Positions 10,517-24,300 of a DNA stretch of 64,000 bases are shown here, in pieces. The stretch spans positions 17,444,210 through 17,508,209 of the forward strand of contig NC_134030.1 of assembly GCF_964204645.1 (NCBI RefSeq), read 5' to 3'. The translations under genes and the position numbers were made by a program. Origin of the DNA: Tubulanus polymorphus (taxonomy: Eukaryota > Animalia > Nemertea). The notes under the pieces were generated by a model. That model did no database searches. It saw only the letters and a program-made list of their open reading frames with translations, and was not told the DNA's origin. Position 1 is the first letter of the stretch; each line of letters opens with the position of its first letter.

Positions 10517-13500
10517 GTAAGTCGTTACTGAGTCTTTAAGTTTTTTTTTAGTTATACGCATTTTATACTAGTATAGAAATGACTCCTAGTATTTCCATAG
10601 GCCTAGTAGATTGGTAATGAGGCTTATTTTGTTATCACAATCGATTACAAAATCGTAGCTGCTGACATGTTCTATGATTGGTGAGTTTTGAGGTAATTGG
10701 TTTTTGAATATGGTCACCAGGGGGTGTTGAATATTGAAATTGTTAGATAGTTGAGCAATTGAAACCACTTTCTAAGTGGACATGGTGTCCCTGGACCCCT
10801 AGTTATAGTGTTTGAATATTAATTATCAAAAACCATTAGTCAGTTTATTTGAGATGAGTGTAGAAGCGACTCCTTCGAGATTAAGTCTTTTTTAGGCCAG
10901 CCATAGGCTGAGTCTATTACTAAACAAATGGAGCGAATTTAAATGACATGGTTTCCAGATGAAAGGCTCTTTGTGCAACTGAGCATATATTCATACAAAT
11001 CATTCATTAGAGCATTATCCATTCTCCAACCCCTGTGAAGGAATTTTTATTTGCACTACAGAAATATAATTGACAATTGTGCAAAGTCAAGGAAAAATAG
11101 CTTTTTCTCAAATCGGATGAATGACCTGGGTATGCTAATTAGCCATGTGTTTCATCCCTTGTGATTTTATATAGTAAAGCGTGACGACCGTCTGATAATG
11201 ATTCTTAACAACCAATTGTTTATCGAAACTTTATAGCGTATAAATAAACAAGATAAACACAAGGTATTTCCGTGATATTTTGAATTTATTCGCAGTTCAT
11301 ATTTAGCGCCATTCTCGCGAGATTATCAACAACCCGGAAATAAAATTCAAGCCCATCGCCAAACCCCTGTGAGTGTATAAGTATTAATTATAAAAAACCA
11401 AAGTCAGTTTATTTGAAATGAGATTAGAAAGAACTCCTACTATAGATTAAGCTTTTTTGTAGTGTATAAATATTAGTTATCAAAAACCAACAGTCAGTCT
11501 ATTTGAGATATGTATATAAACAACTCCTACTATAGATAAAGCGCTTTATAGTGTATAAGTATTAATTATAAAAAGCCATACTCAGTTTATTTGAGATGAG
11601 TATAGAAACAACTCCTACTATAGATTAAGCTTTTTTATAGTGTATAAATATTAGTTATCAAAACCAGCAGTCAGTTTATTTGAGATGAGTATAGAAACAA
11701 CTCCTACTATAGATTAAGTCTTTTAATAGTGTATAAGTATTCATTATCGAAAACCAAAATCAGTCTATTTGAGATGAGTATAGAAACGACTCCTACTATA
11801 GATTAAGCTTTTTTATAGTGTATAAATATTAGTTATCAAAACCAGCAGTCAGTTTATTTGAGATATGTAAAGAAACAACTCCTACTATAGATTAAGCCTT
11901 TTTATAGTGTATAACTATTTGTCATCGAAAACCTAATCAGTGTATTTTACATGAGTATAGAAACGACTCTTTCTATAGATTAAGCTTTTTTATAGCATAT
12001 AAATATTGATTATCGAAAACCAACAGTCAGTTTATTTGAGATTAGTATAGAAACGACTCCTACTATAGAGTAAGTCTTTTAATAGTGTATAAGTATTAAT
12101 TATCAAAAACCAAAATCAGTCTATTTGAGATGAGTATAGAAACGACTCCTACTATAGATTAAGCTTTTTTATAGTGTATAAATATTAGTTATCAAAAACC
12201 AACAGTCAGTCTATTTGAGATATGTATATAAACAACTCCTACTATAGATAAAGCGCTTTATAGTGTATAAGTATTAATTATAAAAAGCCATACTCAGTTT
12301 ATTTGAGATGAGTATAGAAACGACTCCTACTATAGATTAAGCTTTTTTATAGTGTATAAATATTAGTTATCAAAACCAGCAGTCAGTTTATTTGAGATGA
12401 GTATAGAAACAACTCCTACTATAGATTAAGTCTTTTAATAGTGTATAGGTATTCATTATCGAAAACCAAAATCAGTCTATTTGAGATGAGTATAGAAACG
12501 ACTCCTACTATAGATTAAGCTTTTTTATAGTGTATAAATATTAGTTATCAAAACCAGCAGTCAGTTTATTTGAGATATGTAAAGAAACAACTCCTACTAT
12601 AGATTAAGCCTTTTTATAGTGTATAACTATTTGTCATCGAAAACCTAATCAGTGTATTTTACATGAGTATAGAAACGACTCTTTCTATAGATTAAGCTTT
12701 TTTATAGCATATAAATATTGATTATCGAAAACCAACAGTCAGTTTATTTGAGATTAGTATAGAAACGACTCCTACTATAGAGTAAGTCTTTTAATAGTGT
12801 ATAAGTATTAATTATTAAAAACCAAAATCAGTCTATTTGAGATGAGTATAGAAACGACTCCTACTATAGAGTAAGTCTTTTAATAGTGTATAAGTATTAA
12901 TTATCAAAAACCAAAATCAGTCTATTTGAGATGAGTATAGAAACGACTCCTACTATAGATTAAGCTTTTTTATAGTGTATAAATATTAGTTATCAAAACC
13001 AGCAGTCAGTTTATTTGAGATATGTAAAGAAACAACTCCTACTATAGATTAAGCCTTTTTATAGTGTATAACTATTTGTCATCGAAAACCAATTCAGTGT
13101 ATTTTACATGAGTATAGAAACGACTCTTTCTATAGATTAAGCTTTTTTATAGTGTATAAATATTGATTATCGAAAACCAACGGTCAGTTTATTTGAGATT
13201 AGTATAGAAACGACTCCTACTATAGAGTAAGTCTTTTAATAGTGTATAAGTATTAATTATCAAAAACCAAAATCAGTCTATTTGAGATGAGTATAGAAGC
13301 GACTCCTACTATAGAGTTAGTCTTTTAATAGTGTATAAGTATTAATTATCAAAAACCAAAATCAGTCTATTTGAGATGAGTGTAGAAATGACTCCTACTA
13401 TAGATTAAGCTTTTTTATAGTGAATAAATATTAGTTATCAAAACCAGCAGTCAGTTTACCGTACCGGTATTTGAGATATGTATAGAAACAACTCCTGCTA

Positions 13501-16299
13501 TAGATTAAGCCTTTTTATAGTGTATAACTATTTGTCATCAAAAACCAAATCAGTGTATTTGACATGAGTAAAGGAACGATTCTTTCTATAGATTAAGCTT
13601 TTTTATAGTGTATAAATATTAATTATCGAAAACCAACAGTCATTTTATTTGAGATGATAATAGAAACAACTACTCCTATAGATTAAGCCTCTTTATTGTG
13701 TCTATCAAAAAACCATAAGTCAGTTTATTTGAGATTAGTATAGAAACGACTCCTACTATGGAGTAAGCTTTTTCATTGTGTCTATTAGTCATCAAAAACT
13801 AAAGTCAGTTTATTTGAGATGAGTATAGAAACAACTACAACTATAGATTAAGCCTCTTAATTGTGTCTATTAGTCATCAAAAACTAAAAGTCAGTTTATT
13901 TGAGATGAGTATAGAAGCGTCTCCTTCTATAGATTAAGCTTGATTATAGTGTTGAATATTAATAATAAAAAGCCATAGTCAGTTTTTTTGAGATGAGTAT
14001 AGAAACAACTCCTACTATAGATTAGGTATTTTTATAGTATATAAGTATTCGATATCGAAATCCAAAGTCAGTTTATTTTAGATGAGTATAGAAACAACTC
14101 CTACTATAGATTAAGTCTTTTAATAGTGTATAAGCGTGAATTATCAAAAACCAATATCAGTCTATTTGAGATGAGTATAGAAATGACTCCTACTGTAGAT
14201 TAAGCTTTTTTATAGTGAATAGATATTAGTTTTCAAATCCAGCAGTCAGTTTATTTGAGATATGTATAGAAACAACAACTACTATAGATTAAGCCTTTTT
14301 ATAGTGTTTAACTATTTGTCATCAAGAACCAAATCAGTGTATTTGACATGAGTATAGGAACGATTCTTTCTATAGATTAAACCTCTTTATTGTGTCTATT
14401 AGTCATCAAAAACTAAAGTCAGTTTATTTGAGATGAGTATAGAAACAACTCCTACTATAGATTAAGCCTTTTTATAGTGTATAAATATTTGTCATAAAAA
14501 ACCAAATAAGTGTATTTGACATGAGTATAGAAACAACTCATACTATAGATTAAGCTTTTTATAGTGTATAACTATAGGCCTAAGTCATCAAAAACGAAAA
14601 TCAGTCTATGCGAGATGATTATAGATACGACTCCTATTATAGATTAAGCTTTTTTATAGGGTATAAATATTAGTTATCAAAAACCAACAGTCAGTTTATT
14701 TGAGATGAGAATAGAAACAACTACTCCTATAGATTAAGCCTCTTTATTGTGTCTATTAGTCATCAAAAACCAAAAGTCAGTTTATTTGAGATTAGTATAG
14801 AAACGACTCCTACTATAGAGCAAGCTTTTTCATTGTGTCTATTAGTTATCAAAAACTAAAGTCAGTTTATTTGAGATGAGTATAGAAACAACTCCTACTA
14901 TAGATTAACCCTTTTTATAGTGTATAACTATAGGCCTAAGTCATCAAAAACGAAAATCAGTCTATGTAAGATGAGTATAGAAATGACTCCTATTATAGAT
15001 TAAGTTTTTTATAGTGTATAAATATTAGTTATCAAAAACCAACAGTCAGTTTATTTGAGATGAGTATAGAAACGACTGCTTCCATAGATTAAGTCTTTTG
15101 TATAGTGTATGAATACTAATTATCAAAAACCAAAGACAGTTTATTTCAGATGAGTATGGAAACGAATCCTTCTTTTAGAGAAGTGTTTAAACTGAATAAA
15201 TAAATATTAGTTATCAAAAACCAAAATCGGTTTATTTGAGTTAGGTATTATAGAAACGACTCCTACTATAGAATAAGCTTTTTTAAAAAGTGTATAAATA
15301 TTAGTTATCAAAAACCGAAATCAGTTTATTTGAGATGAGTATAGAAACGACTACTACTATCGATTAAGCCTTTTTATTGTGTATAAATATTAATCATCAA
15401 AAACCAAAGTCAGTTTATTTGAGTTGAGTATAGAAACGACTCCTACTATGGACTTAGTCTTTTTAATATTGTATAAATGTTAATTATCTAAAGCCAAAGT
15501 CAATCTAGGCCTATATAAGATAAGTATAAGAATGTGTCCTACCATGGAATGGATTCAATTATAGTGTATAAGTTATAATCTTTAAAAAACAGTTTATTTG
15601 AGATTAGTATAAGAATGTGTCCAATCATAGAATTAATTAATTTCAGTATTGTGTATAAATATTTATCTTTAAAACCAAAGTCAGTCTATTTGAGATAATT
15701 GTAAAAACGACTCCTACTATAGATTAAGTCTTTTTCATGCTGTATAAGTATCAATCATCAAAAACCAAAGTCAATCCAGACCTATTTGGGATAAGTATAA
15801 GAATGTGTCCTAGCATGGAATGAATTCAATTATAGTGTACTATAAAAACTACTCCTTAGATTGAATCTCAGTAAAGTGTGCGAATATTAATTACCAAAAA
15901 CCACAGTTCAATTGAGATGATTATAAAAAATGACCCTTAGAATAATATGATCCAGAGAATAGTGTTAAACATAAATCTTCAAGAACCAGAGTCATCTCAA
16001 AGGAGATGATTGCAGAAAAACAACCTCCGTGTAGAATAATTCACAATAAAGCGTGTCATGGTATCTTCAAATACCTAAGTCAGTCTGTTTGTGATGAGCA
16101 CATAAAGGTGACACCTTGTATAGAATAAATGTAAATATAGTATTTCTATATAAATAGGTATCTTCAAGCAGCAAATTCAGTCTATTTTATATTTAGGACA
16201 TTGATGCCCCAGTCTATGCAATTTTGTTAATTTCTTTGTTATCTTTGTAAATTCTTATCATTTAGGCCTGTGCCTAATCAGTAATTTGGTTATTTTCAG

Positions 16300-16400
16300 A
16301 GTGAACAACAAGGAGGAGATCGAAACGAATAGTTTGCGCAAAGGATTTGTCTTTATTTTCAAGATGTAAATTTGAAGTAAAAGGTGTCAGTAAAAATTTG
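16300..16400 (+). other. Duplicated exon, copy 1 (paralogue of exon 10419-10516)
   Basis: ttattttcag|AGTGAACAAC...TTTG|gtaagt, 101 nt; all frames contain a stop. Confidence 0.65.
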
Positions 16401-18230
16401 GTAAGTCATTACAGTATCCTTATTGAGCCCTCGGTTTTTTTGACCAATTGGATATCGACCATTTACGTACTACTTCTCATTTTTGACCAGAAGATTGTCA
16501 CCGATTCACCAGCTATCATGAGCCTGGGCTAAGCAGGTGATTTTAAGTCATAAAACGGTCATATTCCCTGGCTTTTGTTTCTACACATAAACCCTTCCGT
16601 ATAACGATTCACAATATTTCTATATAAATTATGTATCTTAATGTAGAACGACTGGCAGTAAAGTATTCCTATAGAAATATTACTCTTCAAAAACCAAAGT
16701 TGGTATGAGTATACATTGTATATAAAAATGACCCCTACTATAAAATAATTCCAAGTGTAGTATTTCTACATGTATATTACTATTTAAAACCAAGTCAGTC
16801 CTTTTGAGATGATTATTAATCAACTGACCCCTACTTCACAGTATAGTGTGTCATGTTTTACTCTCCAGAAACCAAATTCAGACCATTTGAGATGAGTATA
16901 TAAAATGACCTTTTTCATAGTGTATAAATATTAACTATAAAATACCAAACTCAGTCTAGTTGAGATATGTATAGAAACGACTCCTACTATAGATTTAGTC
17001 TTTTGATAGTGTATAAATATGGATCATCAAAAACCAAAGTCAATCTAGGCCTTTTTAATATAAGTATAAGAATGTGTCCTACCATGGAATGGATTCAATT
17101 ATAGTGTATTAGTTATAATCTTAAAAAAAAAACAGTCTATTTGAGATTAGTATAAGAATGTGTCCAACCATAGAATTAATTAATTTCAGTATAGCGTATA
17201 AATATTTATCTATAAAACCAAAGTCAGTCTATTTGAAATAAGTGTAAAAACGACTCCTACTATAGATTGTCTTTTTTCCTTCTGTATAAATATTAATCAT
17301 AAAAAACCAGTCTATTTGAGTTAAACTGTAGCTGTAGTGTATAAATATTGATCATCAAAAACCAAAGTCAATCTAGACCTATTTGAGATAAGTATAAGAA
17401 GATAAGTTGTATAAGAATGTGTCCTTCCATAGAATGAATTCAATTATAGTGTATAAGTTACAATCTTTAAAGAAAACAGTCTATTTGAGATGAATATAAA
17501 AACTACTCCTCCTGTAGATTGAATCTCAGTAAAGTGTGCGAATATTAATCACCAAAAACCAAAGTCAGTCTATTTGAGATAAGTATAAGGATGTGTTCTA
17601 CCATAGAATTAATTTCAGAATAGTGTATAAATATTTATCTTCAAAATCAAAGTCAGTCTATTTCAGATGAGTATAAAAATGGCTCCTACTATAGATTGAA
17701 TCTCAGTAAAGGTGTGCAAATATTAATTACCATAACCGGAGTCACTTTATTTGAGAAGAATATGCAACGACACATTGTCTAGAATGACTCGCAGAATAGT
17801 CATTCTCAATATATGTTATTTCCAATAACCACAGTCAGTTTAATCGAGATGATTATATAAAAATGACCCTTAGAATAATATGATTCAGAGAATAGTGTTA
17901 AACATAAATCTTCGAGAACCAGTCATCTCAAAGGAGATGATTGTAGAAAAACAACCTCCGTCTAGAATAATTCACAATAAAGCGTGTCATGGTATCTTCA
18001 AATACCTAAGTCAGTCTGTTTGTGATGAGTACATAAAGGTGACACCTTTTATAGAATAAATGTAAATATAGTTTTTCTATATAAATAGGCATCTTCAAGC
18101 AGCAAATTCAGTCCATTTTATATTTAGGATATTGATGCCCCAGTCTATGCAATTTTGTTATTTTCTTTGTTATCTTTGTAAATTCTTATCATTTAGGCCT
18201 GTGCCTAATCAGTAATTTGGTTATTTTCAG

Positions 18231-18332
18231 AGTGAACAACAAGGTGGAGATCGAAACGAACAGTTTGCGCAAAGGATTTGTCTTTATTTTCAAGATGTAA
18301 ATTTGAAGTAAAAGTTGTCAGTAAAGAAATTG
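18231..18332 (+). other. Duplicated exon, copy 2
   Basis: Same splice signals, 102 nt, 1931 bp after copy 1. Confidence 0.65.
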
Positions 18333-21300
18333 GTAAGTCATTACAGTATCCTTATTGAGCCCTCGGTTTTTTTGACCAATTGGATATCGACCATTTACGT
18401 ACTACTTCCCATTTTTGACCAGAAGATTGTCACTGATTCACCAGCTATCATGAGCCTGGGCTAAGCAGGTGATTTTAAGTCATAAAACGGTCAAATACAT
18501 GGCTTTTGTTTCTACATTTAAACCCTTCCGTATAACGATTCTCAATATTTCTATATAAATTATGTATCTTAATCTAGAACGACTGGCAGTAAAGTATTCC
18601 TATAGAAATATTACTCTTCAAAAACCAAAGTTGGTATGAGTATACATTGTATATAAAAATGACCCCTACTATAAAATAATTCCAAGTGTAGTATTTCAAC
18701 ATGAATATTACTATTTAAAACAAAGTCAGTCCTTTTGAGATGATCATTAATCAACTGACCCCTACTTCACAGTATAGTGTTTCATGTTTTACTCCCCAAA
18801 AACCAAATTCAGACCATTTGAGATGAGTATATAAAAATGAAATTTTCTCATAGGGCATAATTATTAACCATGAAACACCAAAGTCAGTCAAGTTGAGATA
18901 CGTATAGAAACGACTCCTACTATAGAGTAAGCTTTTTCATTGTGTCTATTAGTCATCAAAAACTAAAGTCAGTTTATTTGAGATGAGTATAGAAACAACT
19001 CCTACTATAGATTAAGCCTCTTTATTGTGTCTATTAGTCATCAAAAACCAAAAATCAGTCTATTTGAGATGAGTATAGAAACGACTCCTACTATAGATTA
19101 AGTCTTTTTATGGTGTATAAATGTTAGTTATCAAAACCAGCAGTCAGTTTATTTGAGATATGTATAGAAACAACTCCTACTATAAATAAAGCCTTTTATA
19201 GTGTATAAGTATTAATTATAAAAAGCCATACTCAGTTTATTTAAGATGAGTATAGAAACAACTCTTACTATAGAGTAAGCTTTTTCATTGTGTCTATTAG
19301 TCATCAAAAACTAAAGTCAGTTTATTTGAGATGAGTATAGAAACGACTCCTACTATAGATTAAGCTTTTTTATAGTGTATAAATATTAGTTATCAAAACC
19401 AGCAGTCAGTTTATTTGAGATATGTATAGAAACAACTCCTACTATAGATAAAGCGCTTTATAGTGTATAAGTATTAATTATAAAAAGCCATACTCAGTTT
19501 ATTTGAGATGAGTATAGAAACAACTCCTACTATAGATTAAGTCTTTTTATGGTGTATAAGTATTCATTATCAAAAACCAAAATCAGTCTATTTGAGATGA
19601 GTATAGAAATGACTCCTACTATAGATTAAGCTTTTTTATAGTGTATAAATATTAGTTATCAAAACCAGCAGTCAGTTTATTTGAGATATGTATAGAAACA
19701 ACTCCTACTATAGATAAAGCCTTTTATAGTGTATAAGTATTAATTATAAAAAGCCATAGTCAGTTTATTTGAGATGAGTATAGAAACAACTCCTACTATA
19801 GATTAAGTCTTTTAGTGTATAAGTATTAATTATCAAAAACCAAAATCAGTCTATTTGAGATGAGTATAGAAATGACTCCTACTATAGATTAAGCATTTTT
19901 ATAGTGAATAAATATTAGTTATCAAAAACCAACAGCCATTTTATTTAAGATGAGTATAGAAACAACTCCTACTATAGATTAAGTCTTTTTATGGTGTATA
20001 AGTATTAATTATCAAAAACCAAAATAAGTCTATTCTAGATGAGTATAGAAACGACTCCTACTTTAGATTAAGCTTTTTTTTAGTGTATAAATATTAGTTA
20101 TCATAACCAGTAGTCAGTTTATTTGAGATATGTATAGAAACAACTCATACTCTAGATAAAGCCTTTTTATAGTGTATAAGTATTAATTATAAAAAGCCAT
20201 AGTCAGTTTATTTGAGATGAGTATAGAAACAACTACTCCTATAGATTAAGCCTCTTTATTGTGTCTATTAGTCATCAAAAACTAAAGTCAGTTTATTTGA
20301 GATTAGTATAGAAACGACTCCTACTATAGAGTAAGCTTTTTATTGTGTCTATTAGTCATCAAAAACTAAAGTCAGTTTATTTGAGATTAGTATAGAAACG
20401 ACTCCTACTATAGAGTAAGCTTTTTATTGTGTCTATTAGTCATCAAAAACTAAAGTCAGTTTATTTGAGATGAGTATAGAAACAACTACAACTATAGATT
20501 AAGCCTCATTATTGTGTCAATTAGTCATCAAAAACCAAAAATCAGTCTATTTTAGATGAGTATAGAAACGACTCTTACTATAGATTAAGTCTTTTTATGG
20601 TGCATAAATGTTAGTTATCAAAACCAGCAGTCAGTTTATTTGAGATATGTATAGAAACAACTCCTACTATAGATAAAGCCTTTTATAGTGTATAAGTATT
20701 AATTATAAAAAGCCATACTCAGTTTATTTAAGATGAGTATAGAAACAACTCTTACTATAGAGTAAGCTTTTTCATTGTGTCTATTAGTCATCAAAAACTA
20801 AAGTCAGTTTATTTGAGATGAGTATAGAAACGACTCCTACTATAGATTAAGCTTTTTTATAGTGTATAAATATTAGTTATCAAAACCAGCAGTCAGTTTA
20901 TTTGAGATATGTATAGAAACAACTCCTACTATAGATAAAGCGCTTTATAGTGTATAAGTATTAATTATAAAAAGCCATACTCAGTTTATTTGAGATGAGT
21001 ATAGAAACAACTCCTACTATAGATTGAGTCTTTTTATGGTGTATAAGTATTCATTATCAAAAACCAAAATCAGTCTATTTGAGATGAGTATAGAAACAAC
21101 TCCTACTATAGATTAAGTCTTTTTATGGTGTATAAGTATTCATTATCAAAAACCAAAATCAGTCTATTTGAGATGAGTATAGAAACAACTCCTACTATAG
21201 ATTAAGTCTTTTTATGGTGTATAAGTATTCATTATCAAAAACCAAAATCAGTCTATTTGAGATGAGTATAGAAACAACTCCTACTATAGATTAAGCTTTT

Positions 21301-24300
21301 TTATAGTGTATAAATATTAGTTATCAAAACCAGCAGTCAGTTTATTTGAGATATGTATAGAAACAACTCCTACTATAGATAAAGCCTTTTATAGTGTATA
21401 AGTATTAATTATAAAAAGCCATAGTCAGTTTATTTGAGATGAGTATAGAAACAACTCCTACTATAGATTAAGTCTTTTAGTGTATAAGTATTAATTATCA
21501 AAAACCAAAATCAGTCTATTTGAGATGAGTATAGAAATGACTCCTACTATAGATTAAGCATCTTTATAGTGAATAAATATTAGTTATCAAAAACCAACAG
21601 CCAGTTTATTTAAGATGAGTATAGAAACAACTCCTACTATAGATTAAGTCTTTTTATGGTGTATAAGTATTAATTATCAAAAACCAAAATAAGTCTATTC
21701 TAGATGAGTATAGAAACGACTCCTACTTTAGATTAAGCTTTTTTTTAAGGGTATAAATATTAGTTATCATAACCACTAGTCAGTTTATTTGAGATATGTA
21801 TAGAAACAACTCCTACTATAGATAAAGCCTTTTTATAGTGTATAAGTATTAATCATAAAAAGCCATAGTCAGTTTATTTGAGATGAGTATAGAAACAACT
21901 CCGACTATAGATTAAGTCTTTTAGTGTATAAGTATTAATTATCAAAAACCAAAATCAGTCTATTTGAGATATGTATAGAAATGACTCCTACTATAGATTA
22001 AGCATTTTTATAGTGAATAAATGTTAGTTATCAAAACCAGCAGTCAGTTTATTTGAGATATGCATAGAAACAACTCCTACTATAGATTAAGCCTTTTTAT
22101 AGTGTATAACTATTCGTCATCAAAAACCAATTCAATGTATTTTACATGAGTATAGGAATGACTCTTTCTATAGATTAAGCTTTTTTATAGTGTATAAACA
22201 TAAATTTTTTCGAAAACCAACAGTCAGTTTATTTGAGATGTAAGCTTTTTCATTGTGTCTATTAGTCATCATAAACTAGTCAGTTTATTTGTGATGAGTA
22301 TAGTTATACTCCTTCTATAGATTAAGCTTGATTATAGTGTTGAATATTAATTATCAACTACCAACGGTCAGTATATTTAAGATGAGTATAGAAACAACTC
22401 CTACTATGGATTAAGTATTTTTATGGTGTATAAGTATTAATTATCAAAAACCAAAATCAGTCTATTTGAGATGAGTATAGAAACAACTCCTAATATAGAT
22501 TAAGTCTATTAATAGTGTATAAGTATTAATTATCAAAAACCAAAATCAGTCTATTTGAGATGAGAATAGAAATGACTCCTACTATAGATTAAGCTTTTAT
22601 ATAATGTATAAATATTAGTTATCAAAACCAGCAGTCAGTTTATTTGAGATATGTATAGAAACAACTTCTACTATAGATAAAGCCTTTTTATAGTGTATAA
22701 GTATTAATTATAAAAAGCCATAGTCAGTCAATTTGAGATGAGTATAGAAACGACTCCTGCTATAGATTAAGCTTTTTTACAGTGTATAAATATTAGTTAT
22801 CAAAACCAGCAGTCAGTTAATTTGAGATATGTATAGAAACAACTCCTACTATAGATAAAGCCTTTTTAATAGTGTATAAGTATTAATTATAAAAAGCCAT
22901 AGTCAGTATATTTAAGATGAGTATAGAAACAACTCCTACTATGGATTAAGTATTTTTATGGTGTATAAGTATTAATTATCAAAAACCAAAATCAGTCTAT
23001 TTGAGATGAGAATAGAAATGACTCCTACTATAGATTAAGCTTTTTTATAGTGTATAAATATTAGTTATCAAAACCAGCAGTCAGTTTATTTGAGATATGC
23101 ATAGAAACAACTTCTACTATAGATTAAGCCTTTTTATAGTGTATAACAGTTTGTCATCAAAAACCAAATCCGTGTATTTTACATGAGTATAGGAATGACT
23201 CTTTCTATAGATTAAGCTTTTTTTATAGTGTATAAATATTAATTTTTCGAAAACAGTCAGTTTATTTGAGATGTAAGCTTTTTCATTGTGTCTATTAGTC
23301 ATCAAAAACTAAAGTCAGTTTATTTGTGATGAGTATAGAAACAATTTCTTCTATAGATTAAGCCTTTTTATGGTGTATAAGTATTGATTATCAAAAACCT
23401 AAATCAGTCAATTTGAGATGAGTATAGGAACGACTCTTACAATAGATTAAGCTTTTTTAAAGTGTATAAATATTAGTTATCAAAACCAGTAGTCAGTTTA
23501 TTTGAGATATGTATAGAAACAACTCATACTATAGATAAAGCCTTTTTATAGTGTATAAGTATTAATTATAAAAAGCCATAGTCAGTTTATTTGAGATGAG
23601 TATAGAAACAACTACTCCTATAGATTAAGCCTCTTTATTGTGTCTATTAGTCATCAAAAACTAAAGTCAGTTTATTTGAGATTAGTATAGAAACGACTCC
23701 TACTATAGAGTAAGCTTTTTATTGTGTCTATTAGTCATCAAAAACTAAAGTCAGTTTATTTGAGATGAGTATAGAAACAACTACAACTATAGATTAAGCC
23801 TCATTATTGTGTCAATTAGTCATCAAAAACCAAAAATCAGTCTATTTTAGATGAGTATAGAAACGACTCTTACTATAGATTAAGTCTTTTTATGGTGCAT
23901 AAATGTTAGTTATCAAAACCAGCAGTCAGTTTATTTGAGATATGTATAGAAACAACTCCTACTATAGATAAAGCCTTTTATAGTGTATAAGTATTAATTA
24001 TAAAAAGCCATACTCAGTTTATTTAAGATGAGTATAGAAACAACTCTTACTATAGAGTAAGCTTTTTCATTGTGTCTATTAGTCATCAAAAACTAAAGTC
24101 AGTTTATTTGAGATGAGTATAGAAACGACTCCTACTATAGATTAAGCTTTTTTATAGTGTATAAATATTAGTTATCAAAACCAGCAGTCAGTTTATTTGA
24201 GATATGTATAGAAACAACTCCTACTATAGATAAAGCGCTTTATAGTGTATAAGTATTAATTATAAAAAGCCATACTCAGTTTATTTGAGATGAGTATAGA

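Noticed and set aside
10893-11371. Classifiable transposon interrupting the first monomers
   Set aside because: It is non-satellite sequence between monomers, but no TIRs or TSD could be established.
18231-18332. Selenocysteine read-through of the TGA that opens the 102-nt symmetric exons
   Set aside because: Comparison with exon 2 shows the 5' part was conserved in a different frame, so a 1-nt frameshift explains it; no SECIS recognised.
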